Positions 47,434-56,342 of a stretch of DNA of 64,000 nucleotides are shown in pieces; the stretch's first letter is position 1; the number at the start of each line of letters is the position of its first letter. This DNA comes from Pseudomonadota bacterium (GTDB lineage: Bacteria; Pseudomonadota; Alphaproteobacteria; Rhodobacterales; Rhodobacteraceae), in contig JBCDAZ010000002.1 of NCBI GenBank assembly GCA_039184655.1, positions 8,594 to 72,593 of the forward strand, read 5' to 3'. Under the pieces are notes generated by a model. That model saw nothing but the letters and a program-made list of their open reading frames with translations. It ran no database searches and was not told where the DNA came from. A program made the translations under genes and the position numbers.

Positions 47434-50199
47434 CTACCGCTCCGGGATCAGGATTTCGCGTTTGCCGACCTGGTTGGCCGCACCGACCACGCCCTGATCT
47501 TCCATCTGTTCGACCAGGCGGGCAGCTTTGTTATAGCCGATGCCGAGTTTGCGCTGGATATAGCTGGTGGAGCATTTTCGATCCTGCGCCACGATCGCCA
47601 CGGCCTGGTCGTAGAGCGCATCCTCGCCGCCGGGATTGCCCCCCAGCCCCAACACCAGATCGATCTCGCTTTCGGCCTCTTCGTCCGGCCCGTCGATCAC
47701 CCCGGCGACATAATCCGGCGCCCCGGTCAGCTTGAGATGGGCCACCACCTCCTCAACCTCTTCATCGGAACAGAAGGGCCCGTGCACGCGCGCGATCCGC
47801 GCCCCGCCGGCCATATAGAGCATGTCGCCCTGGCCCAGAAGCTGCTCGGCGCCCTGTTCGCCCAGAATGGTGCGGCTGTCGATCTTGGAGGTGACCTGAA
47901 AACTGATCCGGGTGGGAAAATTGGCTTTGATCGTGCCGGTGATGACATCGACCGAGGGGCGCTGGGTGGCCATGATGAGATGGATGCCGCTGGCCCGTGC
48001 CATTTGCGCCAGGCGTTGGATGCAGGCCTCGATCTCCTTGCCCGAAACCATCATCAGATCGGCCATCTCGTCGACGATGACAACGATATAGGGCATCGCT
48101 TCGGGATCGAAACGCTCCTCCTCGAAAATCGGCTCGCCCGTCGTCTCGTCGAACCCGGTCTGTACAACGCGGCTGAAGGCGTCGCCGCGGCTGAGCGCAT
48201 CGCGCACCCGGGCGTTGTAGCCCTCGATATTGCGCACCCCAAGCTTGGACATCTTGCGGTAGCGCTCCTCCATCTCGCCCACCACCCATTTGAGCGCCAC
48301 CACCGCTTTTTTGGGGTCGGTGACGACCGGAGAGAGGAGATGCGGGATCCCGTCATAGACCGAAAGCTCCAGCATCTTCGGATCGATCATGATCAGCCGG
48401 CATTCGGCCGGCGACAACCGGTAGAGCAGCGACAGGATCATGGTGTTGATCGCGACGGATTTGCCCGAGCCCGTGGTGCCGGCGATCAGAAGATGCGGCA
48501 TACGGGCCAGATTCGCGACCACAGGCTCGCCACCGATATCCTTGCCCAAGGCCAGCGGCAGCGGATGCGCGCTGTCCCCAAAAGCCGCCGAGGCCAGGAT
48601 TTCGCGCAGCAGCACCCGCTCGCGGGCCATGTTGGGCAGTTCGATCCCGATGACCGAGCGGCCTGGCACGGTTGCAATTCGCGCCGAGAGCGCGGACATC
48701 GAGCGGGCGATATCGTCCGCCAGACCGATGACCCGGGCCGCTTTCAGTCCCGGCGCGGGCTCAAGCTCGTAAAGCGTGACCACGGGGCCGGGCCGGACGG
48801 CCGTGATCTCGCCACGAATGCCGTAATCCTCCAACACCCCTTCGAGAAGCCGGGCATTCTCCTCCAACGCCTCGGTGGACATATGTTGGCGCAGCCGTTT
48901 CTCGGGGCTGCTCAAGAGCGACAGAGGCGGCGCGTCATAGGCCTCGTGCGTTTCCTCAAGCGGTAGGTCGGGTTGTGCTTCGGTTCTGGCCCGCCGGCTC
49001 GGGCGGATGCCGGGCTTGCTGCGGTGCCGGACGACGGGCTTTGGAGCGGCCGCGCCTTCGGCCCGTTCGGCGAGGCGATCGATCACGGGGCCCAGACGGG
49101 GCACACGCACACCATCGTCGGCCTCAGCAGACGAACCGAAGGCCGCATCGATATCGGCCCCGGCATCAAAGGACGGGCCCGGCGCCTCCGCATCGGTTCG
49201 GCGGGCCGCCATGGCCGCGGCGATGCGCGCCATCAGCCGTTCGTTTCCTGGCGCCGATCCTACGTCTCTGCGTTCTTCCGGCATGGCCGCAGATGTCGCT
49301 TGCGCAATTTCCGGCGCAGTACGGCCGATGCTGCGCCCCTGGTTTGCGGTGCGATTGGGCACGGCCGTATCGGACGATGCAAGGTGCAACGATCCCCGCG
49401 CTGCCTCGTCGATCCCCGCACCTTCCGCCCACGCTTCGGCCGCAAAGACAGTGCCCCGGCCTCCTGCCGCGTTCGGCCCCTCGGGCCGCATGTCGCGAGA
49501 TGTTCGTCGGCGCAGGGCCTGGCGCAGCGCCGATCGGATGCCGCGCAGAATGAGGCGAAATAGCGCCAGACAGAGCAAGGCGAGCAGGCGCATGCCGGAT
49601 GCGAGCGTGCCCAGCAGGCTCCGAAGCTCGGCCCAATTCATGCCCAGCCCCAGCGCCATCATCAGCAGCGCCAGAGCGCCAAGCAGGATGATGGCATACG
49701 GCAGCGCTGCAACCGGATCGACAGCCCCGGTCGTCAGCAAGGTCCGCAGGGCGCTGTCGCCCACCGCGCCGCCCAACCCATGCCGCGCTGCCCAGGATGC
49801 CGGCGGCACATGCGAAGACAGGAAGGCCGCCAGCACCAGAACGCCCAGCAATAAGAGCAGGGTCCGGGTCAGGGCGCGCTCCTCGCCCCGATGGACGATA
49901 AAGCGCAGCCCCCAAACGGCAAAACCCAGCGGCAGCGCCGCCGCGGCCCATCCGATCGAGAACATCAGCGCCCCTGCCAGATGCGCGCCGACCACGCCAA
50001 GCCGGTTTTGCGGCGCGTCGCCGGTAGCGTTGAAGGGGCTGGGATCGTCGGGGCTATAGCTGGCCAGCAGCGCGGCCAGCACTACAGCGGTGGCGATCAG
50101 CCCCAGGCCCAGAAGCTCTGCGCCGCGCCGGCGCAGCGCCGTGCGGGTGCCCTCGCCGATCAGCCCGGCAACGGGCGGGCGCTGCGAGGCCAGCGTCAC
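47434..50199 (-). CDS. ftsK: DNA translocase FtsK
   Basis: N-terminal TM helices, a long linker, the motor domain with Walker [10 protein letters not shown], Walker [12 protein letters not shown], and a C-terminal gamma winged-helix ([24 protein letters not shown]). The GTG start overlaps the upstream stop. Confidence 0.95.
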   Translation of the reverse strand: MTLASQRPPVAGLIGEGTRTALRRRGAELLGLGLIATAVVLAALLASYSPDDPSPFNATGDAPQNRLGVVGAHLAGALMFSIGWAAAALPLGFAVWGLRFIVHRGEERALTRTLLLLLGVLVLAAFLSSHVPPASWAARHGLGGAVGDSALRTLLTTGAVDPVAALPYAIILLGALALLMMALGLGMNWAELRSLLGTLASGMRLLALLCLALFRLILRGIRSALRQALRRRTSRDMRPEGPNAAGGRGTVFAAEAWAEGAGIDEAARGSLHLASSDTAVPNRTANQGRSIGRTAPEIAQATSAAMPEERRDVGSAPGNERLMARIAAAMAARRTDAEAPGPSFDAGADIDAAFGSSAEADDGVRVPRLGPVIDRLAERAEGAAAPKPVVRHRSKPGIRPSRRARTEAQPDLPLEETHEAYDAPPLSLLSSPEKRLRQHMSTEALEENARLLEGVLEDYGIRGEITAVRPGPVVTLYELEPAPGLKAARVIGLADDIARSMSALSARIATVPGRSVIGIELPNMARERVLLREILASAAFGDSAHPLPLALGKDIGGEPVVANLARMPHLLIAGTTGSGKSVAINTMILSLLYRLSPAECRLIMIDPKMLELSVYDGIPHLLSPVVTDPKKAVVALKWVVGEMEERYRKMSKLGVRNIEGYNARVRDALSRGDAFSRVVQTGFDETTGEPIFEEERFDPEAMPYIVVIVDEMADLMMVSGKEIEACIQRLAQMARASGIHLIMATQRPSVDVITGTIKANFPTRISFQVTSKIDSRTILGEQGAEQLLGQGDMLYMAGGARIARVHGPFCSDEEVEEVVAHLKLTGAPDYVAGVIDGPDEEAESEIDLVLGLGGNPGGEDALYDQAVAIVAQDRKCSTSYIQRKLGIGYNKAARLVEQMEDQGVVGAANQVGKREILIPER

Positions 50200-51389
50200 C
50201 GCGGATCCTCCGCGCCGGCAAGCACATCCCGCAAGGCTGTCAACCCGCGGCGCACCGCATCCGGTTCGGCCACCAGCGCCACGCGGATGTAGCCGGCGCC
50301 AGGGTTTTCTGAGCCGAGCTGCGGATCGCCGTCGCGCGATAGATAGCTACCGGGCAGCACTTTGACGCCGGACTCGCGCCAGAGTTGCCGGGTCGCCGCA
50401 ACATCGTCGGCTACGCGGATCCACAGGAAAAACCCGGCTTGCGGGGCACGATAGCCCGGCAGCCTGCCAAGCACCTCATCGGCGATAGCGTATTTTTCCT
50501 GATAGAGCGTGCGCGAGGCATCGACATGAGCCTCGTCGGCCCAGCATGCGGCCGCAGCCATCTGGGCGGGCAAGGGCAGCGGCGCGCCGGCATAGGCCCG
50601 CAGCCGGCGCAGCGCCGCGATTGCCTGGCGTCCGCCGGTAACGAAGCCCGAGCGCAGCCCGGGTAGGCTGGAGCGCTTGGAAAGCGAGTGGAAGGTCAGA
50701 ACGCGCTCAGGGTCGTGGTCCGCCTCCAGGATCCCGGTCGGCGGGCGGTCGCGCCAAATCTCGCAATAGCACTCATCGGCAAAGATGCGGAAATCATGCC
50801 GCTCGGCAAGGCAAAGCAGGTCCCTCCAATAGCGCTCATCGGCCACCGCGCCCTGCGGGTTGGCCGGCGAGCAGATATAGGCGGCGGTGCTGCGTGTCAG
50901 AATGTCTTCCGGGAGGGCGGCGAAATCGGGCAGAAAATCGGTTTCGGCTGTTGCTGGCACATAGACCGGCTCGGCCCCGACCGCGAGCGCCGCAACAGCG
51001 TAGCATTGGTAGAACGGGTTGGGGATCAGCACGGCCGGGCGCTTGCCGTTCTTTCGTTCGGGGCAAAGCGCGACGCAGGCGGCAAAGAGCCCTTCCCGCG
51101 TTCCATTGAGCGGAAAGACCATCTCCGGGCTGCGGGTCACGCCAAAGCGACGGGCGAGCCAGGCGCAGATGGCCGCCAGAAGATCGCTATGGCCGTCATT
51201 GGGCGGATAGACGCTGTACCCTGCCGCATGGCGCGTCAGAACCGCCTCCAGAAAGGGCGGCGGGGCGTGGCGCGGCTCGCCCAGCGACATGGCAATGGGT
51301 GCGCCGCCGGGCGCAAGATCGTCCAGCAAGGCGCGGAGGCGGGGAAAGGCATAGTCCGGCAGGTTCGAAAACCGCGCGGGAAATTCCAT
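50196..51389 (-). CDS. Class I/II PLP-dependent aminotransferase (DapC/AspC-like)
   Basis: The N-terminus [13 protein letters not shown], plus [15 protein letters not shown] carrying the PLP lysine, place it in the class I aminotransferase fold. Confidence 0.8.
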   Translation of the reverse strand: MEFPARFSNLPDYAFPRLRALLDDLAPGGAPIAMSLGEPRHAPPPFLEAVLTRHAAGYSVYPPNDGHSDLLAAICAWLARRFGVTRSPEMVFPLNGTREGLFAACVALCPERKNGKRPAVLIPNPFYQCYAVAALAVGAEPVYVPATAETDFLPDFAALPEDILTRSTAAYICSPANPQGAVADERYWRDLLCLAERHDFRIFADECYCEIWRDRPPTGILEADHDPERVLTFHSLSKRSSLPGLRSGFVTGGRQAIAALRRLRAYAGAPLPLPAQMAAAACWADEAHVDASRTLYQEKYAIADEVLGRLPGYRAPQAGFFLWIRVADDVAATRQLWRESGVKVLPGSYLSRDGDPQLGSENPGAGYIRVALVAEPDAVRRGLTALRDVLAGAEDPR

Positions 51390-51591
51390 GATCTGCCTCT
51401 GATTTCAGGTGCCTGCCGGGCACTCTTCGTACCACCCATACCCGTAAGGGGTCCATCCGGTCCAGCCCGCACCAACTCCTCTGTGCCACGCTGGTCCTCC
51501 TGTGGCCCCGCCGACACAGGAAACAGCGTCTTTGCACATTACGATTGCCAAGCGGCGCGGGCGCGCGTTTGCCGCCAGCGGTCGCTCGACG

Positions 51592-51668
51592 CGCCACCCT
51601 GTCTGGGTCGCCACCCCGTCTTGGTCGCCGCCGCGTCTGGGTCGCCACCCTGTCTGGGTCGCCGGCAG
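51592..51668. repeat. 17-bp tandem repeat, ~4.5 copies (CGCCACCCTGTCTGGGT), upstream of mutS
   Basis: Copies 1 and 4 are identical; copies 2 and 3 carry 2-3 substitutions. The array ends 75 nt before the mutS ATG. Confidence 0.9.
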
Positions 51669-51743
51669 TTTCCCCAAGCCCGGCCCCATGCTAGAGCCGG
51701 GGATGCGCAACAGGGCCGAACAGCCGCATGTGACAGGGCAGCC

Positions 51744-54533
51744 ATGACCGCATCAAAGACCAGACCGGCTTCGGTTCAGTCGGGCAGCGCCGCGCCGGCC
51801 AAGGCTCAAACCGCCGGCGCGACGCCGGCCATGGCCCAGTATTTGCAGATCAAGCAAGAACACCCCGATGCCTTGTTGTTTTACCGGATGGGCGATTTCT
51901 ATGAGCTCTTTTTCCAAGACGCCGAAACCGCCTCGGCAGCGCTCGGGATCGCGCTCACCCGCCGCGGCAAGCACCAAGGTGCTGACATTCCCATGTGCGG
52001 CGTGCCGGTCCATGCCGCCGAGGGCTATCTGCACCGGTTGATCCGGCAGGGTCACCATGTGGCGGTCTGCGAGCAGATGGAGGATCCCGCCGAGGCCCGA
52101 AAAAGGGGTGCGAAAGCCGTCGTCGCCCGCGCCGTGGTGCGGCTCGTCACGCCCGGCACGCTGACCGAGGACAGCCTGTTGGAGACCGGCCACAGCAACC
52201 ATCTGGCCGCCTGGGCCGAGATCCGCGGGGCCGGGGCGCTCGCCTGGCTGGATCTTTCCACCGGAGGGTTGACGGCAACGCCCGCAACGGCGGCCGAGCT
52301 CGGCCCGCATCTGGCCCGTCTTGCTCCGGCCGAGCTTCTGATCGGCGGTGCCGCGGCCCGACCCGAGGCCGTGCTCCAGCATCTTGAGGCCGGCGGTACG
52401 GTGACCGAGCGTCCGGATGCCGCCTTCGACAGCGCCTCGGCCGAACGCCAGCTTTGCGGGCTGTTTGCGGTTGCCACGCTCGACGGGTTCGGCGCCTTCA
52501 CCCGCGCCGAGATCGCAGCGCTCGGGGCGCTGGTGGGGTATATCGAGATAACCCAGCGCGGGAAACTGCCGCGCCTCACACCCCCCAGGCGCGAAAGCCC
52601 GGGTAGTGTGATGGAGATCGACGCCGCGACACGGCGCAATTTGGAGCTGGTTCGCAGCCTCTCGGGCGGGCGCGACGGCGCGCTGCTCAGCACCATCGAC
52701 CGGACGGTGACTGCGGCCGGTGCGCGACTTCTGGAAACCCGGCTTGCCGGTCCTGCGACCGATCCTACCACCATCCGGGCACGCCACGATGCCGTGGCTT
52801 TCCTGATCGCGCGCAGGGTTCTTGCCGATCGGCTGGAGGGGTTTTTGCGCCGGGTCCCGGATATGGAGCGCGCCCTTGCCCGGCTGACGCTCGATCGCGG
52901 CGGCCCGCGGGATCTCGCAGCGCTGCGCGACGGGTTGGGCCAGGCGCTGGTGATTGCCGATACGCTCGCTCAAGAACAAGCTGAAACCCGGGCTCAAGCC
53001 GAAACCCGGGCCGAAACCCGGGCCGACACCCAGGCCGACACCCAGGCCGGGGACATGTCGCTGCCCACCCCGCTGGCTGCGGCGCTCGCGGCGATGACCG
53101 GCCATGATCCGCTTGTCGATGCGCTCGAGGCCGCCCTTGTGGCCGAACCGCCGCCCCATATCCGCGATGGCGGGTTCGTTGCGACGGGCCATAGCGCCGC
53201 GCTCGACGCGGTTCGTCGCCTGCGCGACGAGGGCCGCGCGGTCATCGCCGGCCTGCAAGCCGACTATCAGAAGACAACCGGCATCACCGCCCTAAAAATC
53301 CGGCACAATTCCGTGCTGGGCTATTTTATCGAAACGACCGCCACCCATGCGGCTCGGATGACCTCGCCACCGCTCTCAGAAACCTTCATCCATCGCCAGA
53401 CGACCGCCAACCAGCTGCGCTTTACGACCGTTGCGCTTTCCGAGCTCGAAAAGAAGATCCTCAATGCCGGCGCCCGCGCTGCCGAGATCGAGCGCGAGAT
53501 CTTCGAGGGGCTTGTGCAAATCCTGCGCGAAGAGGCCGATCGGATCGCGGCCGCAGCCGCGGCCCTGGCCGAAACCGACCTCACCCGCGCCTTTGCACGG
53601 CTTGCTGTAGAGGGCGACTGGTCGCGGCCGCAAATGACCGCAGCACGGCGCTTTTCGATCGAGGGGGGGCGACATCCGGTCGTTGAGGCGGCGTTGCGCA
53701 AATCCGGGCAGAGTTTTGTGCCCAATGGTTGCACGATGGACGCCGCGGCGCACCCGATCTGGCTGGTCACCGGGCCCAATATGGCCGGTAAATCGACTTT
53801 CCTGCGCCAGAATGCACTGATCGCCGTGCTCGCCCAGGCGGGGTCCTTCGTACCGGCCAGCCGCGCCGAGATCGGCGTGGTGCGCCAGCTTTTCAGCCGG
53901 GTCGGTGCGGCGGACGATCTGGCCCGCGGCCGGTCGACATTTATGGTCGAGATGGTCGAGACGGCTGCCATATTGAACCAGGCCGGGCCGGATGCGCTGG
54001 TTATTCTCGATGAGATCGGGCGCGGCACGGCGACCTTCGACGGTCTGTCCATTGCCTGGGCCACAGTCGAGCATTTGCATGACATCAATCGCTGCCGGAC
54101 TCTATTTGCCACGCATTACCATGAGCTGACTGGCTTGGCCGACCGGCTTGCCGGGGTGACCAACGCGACCGTTGCCGTGCGTGAATGGCGGGGTTCGGTT
54201 CTGTTTCTGCACGAGGTTCGGCCCGGCGCTGCGGACCGGTCCTACGGCGTGCAGGTCGCAAGGCTAGCCGGTCTGCCGGCATCGGTCGTGGCACGGGCCG
54301 GGGTGGTGCTGGCAGCACTCGAACAAGGCGAACGGCAGGGCGGTCGCGGCGCAGCGGCCCTGGTGGACGACCTGCCGCTTTTTTCTGCCGGTCAGGACGG
54401 GCCGGTCGCCCCGGCCGCTCCAACCGCCTCGCCTGTCGAGGAAAAGCTGCGCGGGGTTCTGCCCGACACGTTGTCGCCGCGCGCCGCGCTCGACCTGCTC
54501 TATGAACTCCGAGCCTTGGTCGACGAACGCTAG
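51744..54533 (+). CDS. mutS: DNA mismatch repair protein MutS
   Basis: Reads TPAMAQYLQIKQEHPDALLFYRMGDFYELFFQDA, with Walker A GPNMAGKST and the DELGRGT-like ILDEIGRGTATFDG. Start set at MTASKTRP; the 50688 upstream extension is antisense to the aminotransferase gene. Confidence 0.95.
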   Translation: MTASKTRPASVQSGSAAPAKAQTAGATPAMAQYLQIKQEHPDALLFYRMGDFYELFFQDAETASAALGIALTRRGKHQGADIPMCGVPVHAAEGYLHRLIRQGHHVAVCEQMEDPAEARKRGAKAVVARAVVRLVTPGTLTEDSLLETGHSNHLAAWAEIRGAGALAWLDLSTGGLTATPATAAELGPHLARLAPAELLIGGAAARPEAVLQHLEAGGTVTERPDAAFDSASAERQLCGLFAVATLDGFGAFTRAEIAALGALVGYIEITQRGKLPRLTPPRRESPGSVMEIDAATRRNLELVRSLSGGRDGALLSTIDRTVTAAGARLLETRLAGPATDPTTIRARHDAVAFLIARRVLADRLEGFLRRVPDMERALARLTLDRGGPRDLAALRDGLGQALVIADTLAQEQAETRAQAETRAETRADTQADTQAGDMSLPTPLAAALAAMTGHDPLVDALEAALVAEPPPHIRDGGFVATGHSAALDAVRRLRDEGRAVIAGLQADYQKTTGITALKIRHNSVLGYFIETTATHAARMTSPPLSETFIHRQTTANQLRFTTVALSELEKKILNAGARAAEIEREIFEGLVQILREEADRIAAAAAALAETDLTRAFARLAVEGDWSRPQMTAARRFSIEGGRHPVVEAALRKSGQSFVPNGCTMDAAAHPIWLVTGPNMAGKSTFLRQNALIAVLAQAGSFVPASRAEIGVVRQLFSRVGAADDLARGRSTFMVEMVETAAILNQAGPDALVILDEIGRGTATFDGLSIAWATVEHLHDINRCRTLFATHYHELTGLADRLAGVTNATVAVREWRGSVLFLHEVRPGAADRSYGVQVARLAGLPASVVARAGVVLAALEQGERQGGRGAAALVDDLPLFSAGQDGPVAPAAPTASPVEEKLRGVLPDTLSPRAALDLLYELRALVDER
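52977..53048. repeat. 12-bp tandem repeat family x~6 (GAAACCCGGGCC / GACACCCAGGCC), in frame in mutS (AETR / ADTQ)
   Basis: Direct reading; it encodes QAETRAQAETRAETRADTQADTQA. Confidence 0.9.
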
Positions 54534-55049
54534 TGACGGGGCACGGACAGGCAAGCGACCCCGGCGCAGGGGACGCCGGGGCCGTTGCATTGCAAGCGAG
54601 ATCACCCATCGGACCCTGGCCAGGGGAACAAAACCAGCGGTCGTCCGTTTGATCCAAATGTCGATGCCGGTGCAGGGAACAAAAACCGACATCGGACGAT
54701 ACGCTACGCCTGCATACAACTCTCGAAAACCGGTGCGAAAATGGACTATACACCCGATGTATTCTGCAAATCCGGGCCCCGAACCTTCGGACTGTGCCCG
54801 GTTGTCCAGCCAATCCGGGGCCCGTTTCTTCTATGACTTCAAGATGGGCGATTCGCCGCGCGGCGGCTGTGTTCCAGGACACATTCGGTGGCAAAACCGG
54901 TTGGTGGCTGCGCGCTCGGGCCCGGCTTGGGGCGCGACCCGAAAAGCCACACGGATCGGTCGGCCCGTTCCGGTTCCCCACCGTGATCCTGCCAGCTGTG
55001 ACCGGCACGACCCATGGCCTGTGGCCTTTCTCGCCCGCCTAAGAAACGG

Positions 55050-55868
55050 TCAGAGCGTGATCCGCATCCCGTCCCGGGCAAACCGGCAGAATGCACCCTG
55101 ATCGGCAAGCGCGCGTTCCGCGCGCAGCAACTCCGCATCCCGCGCGCCCGGACCGTGATGCACGATCAGGGTCTGCGCAATGCCCGCATTCTGGCCGATC
55201 GCCCGCGCGCCGGGCCAACTCGAATGCCCCCAGCCCTTGCGCTGCGGATACTCCTCGGGCGAATAGGCCGCATCGATCAGCAAGAGGTCCGAGCCCCGCA
55301 CCAACCCGGTCAGATGCGCGTCGATCGCGGCATCGCCTTGCTCGTGATCGGTAACGATCGAAACGCAGCGGCCGGTCGCCTCGATCCGATACCCGATCGA
55401 TCCGCCGGGATGGTTGAGCGGCAGAAGCCCAACGCGAAATGGGTCGCGCGCCAGGCCGCTTTCGGGGATCTGTTCGACCGTAATGGGAAAGTTGCCCGGG
55501 ATCATAACCGGCCAGAGCGGCGGCGAGTAAAGCCTGTAAAGCGCCTCCAGCACCCGTTCGGCCGGCAGCGCCGTCCACAGCCGCACCCGGGTCTTCCGGG
55601 CGATCAGCGGCGCAAAGAAGCCCAGGCCGATCAGATGGTCGAAATGCGGGTGGGTTAGCAGGATGTCGAGCGTTTCCGGCGGACCAGCGGCCATCAGGCT
55701 TTCGCCCAGGGCGCGAATGCCCGATCCGCAATCGACAATCAGACGTTCGGTGCCAGCCGCGACTTCGTAACATGTCGTATCGCCACCGAATTCGGCTGTA
55801 TGCGTTCCTGGAACCGGCAGCGAGCCACGGCACCCCCACACCGTCAGCGTAACCGGTCCTGCATTCAT
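55050..55868 (-). CDS. MBL-fold metallo-hydrolase (Lactamase_B_2-like) with a class-II cyclic-nucleotide phosphodiesterase-like HxHxDH motif
   Basis: LLTHPHFDHLIGLGFF (HPHFDH at 55635-55652), an N-terminal WGCRGS, and later DHE/HH metal-ligand candidates. ATGA overlap with the upstream cNMP-binding gene. Confidence 0.85.
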   Translation of the reverse strand: MNAGPVTLTVWGCRGSLPVPGTHTAEFGGDTTCYEVAAGTERLIVDCGSGIRALGESLMAAGPPETLDILLTHPHFDHLIGLGFFAPLIARKTRVRLWTALPAERVLEALYRLYSPPLWPVMIPGNFPITVEQIPESGLARDPFRVGLLPLNHPGGSIGYRIEATGRCVSIVTDHEQGDAAIDAHLTGLVRGSDLLLIDAAYSPEEYPQRKGWGHSSWPGARAIGQNAGIAQTLIVHHGPGARDAELLRAERALADQGAFCRFARDGMRITL

Positions 55869-56335
55869 GCTTGCGACTGCATCTCTTCCAACTCGGCCCG
55901 GGTCCGCGCGAGTTCCTGCGTCGTTCGCTCCAGCCGGCCGGTGATCACGCGCAAAAGCTCCAGCGACATGGTCGGAAACTCCGCCAAAAGCCGGAACAGC
56001 GTGGCACGATCGACCCTAAGGGCGCGCACCGTACCGCTGGCGCGCACCGTCGCGGTCCGCGGGCTGTCCGTCAAAAGGGCCATCTCGCCGACAATATCGT
56101 TCTGCCCAAGCTGTGCAACGGTGGTTTCACGACCGCCGATTGCAATGATCACCGCCGCACACCCCTCCAATAGCACAAAGGCCGCGTCGCCTTCCTGGCC
56201 CTGCACCATCAGATCCTCTCCCTCAAGAAAGGTGCGCGCCTCTGCCATCAGGGCGAGCAGTTTAAGCTGGGCATGATCGATGCCGCGAAAGAGGGGCGAT
56301 GCGGCAAGGATGTCGGTTTCCTGATTGAGCTTCAT
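55865..56335 (-). CDS. Stand-alone cyclic nucleotide-binding domain protein (CAP_ED), 156 aa
   Basis: Reads LFRGIDHAQLKLLA...FLEGEDLMVQGQEGDAAFVLLEG...IVGEMALLTDSPRTATVRA. The phosphate-binding cassette lies at 56036-56095. Short C-terminal coiled-coil and no DNA-binding domain. Confidence 0.85.
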   Translation of the reverse strand: MKLNQETDILAASPLFRGIDHAQLKLLALMAEARTFLEGEDLMVQGQEGDAAFVLLEGCAAVIIAIGGRETTVAQLGQNDIVGEMALLTDSPRTATVRASGTVRALRVDRATLFRLLAEFPTMSLELLRVITGRLERTTQELARTRAELEEMQSQA

Positions 56336-56342
56336 CGCGGCG

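Noticed and set aside
54600-54700. Possible SRP (4.5S) RNA, because of a CCAGGGGAACAAAACCAGC segment with a GGAA-like loop.
   Set aside because: It does not reproduce the conserved domain IV pattern (symmetric and asymmetric loops around a GNAR tetraloop) as I remember it, and no flanking helix 5 pairing is evident. It is kept only as a generic sRNA candidate.
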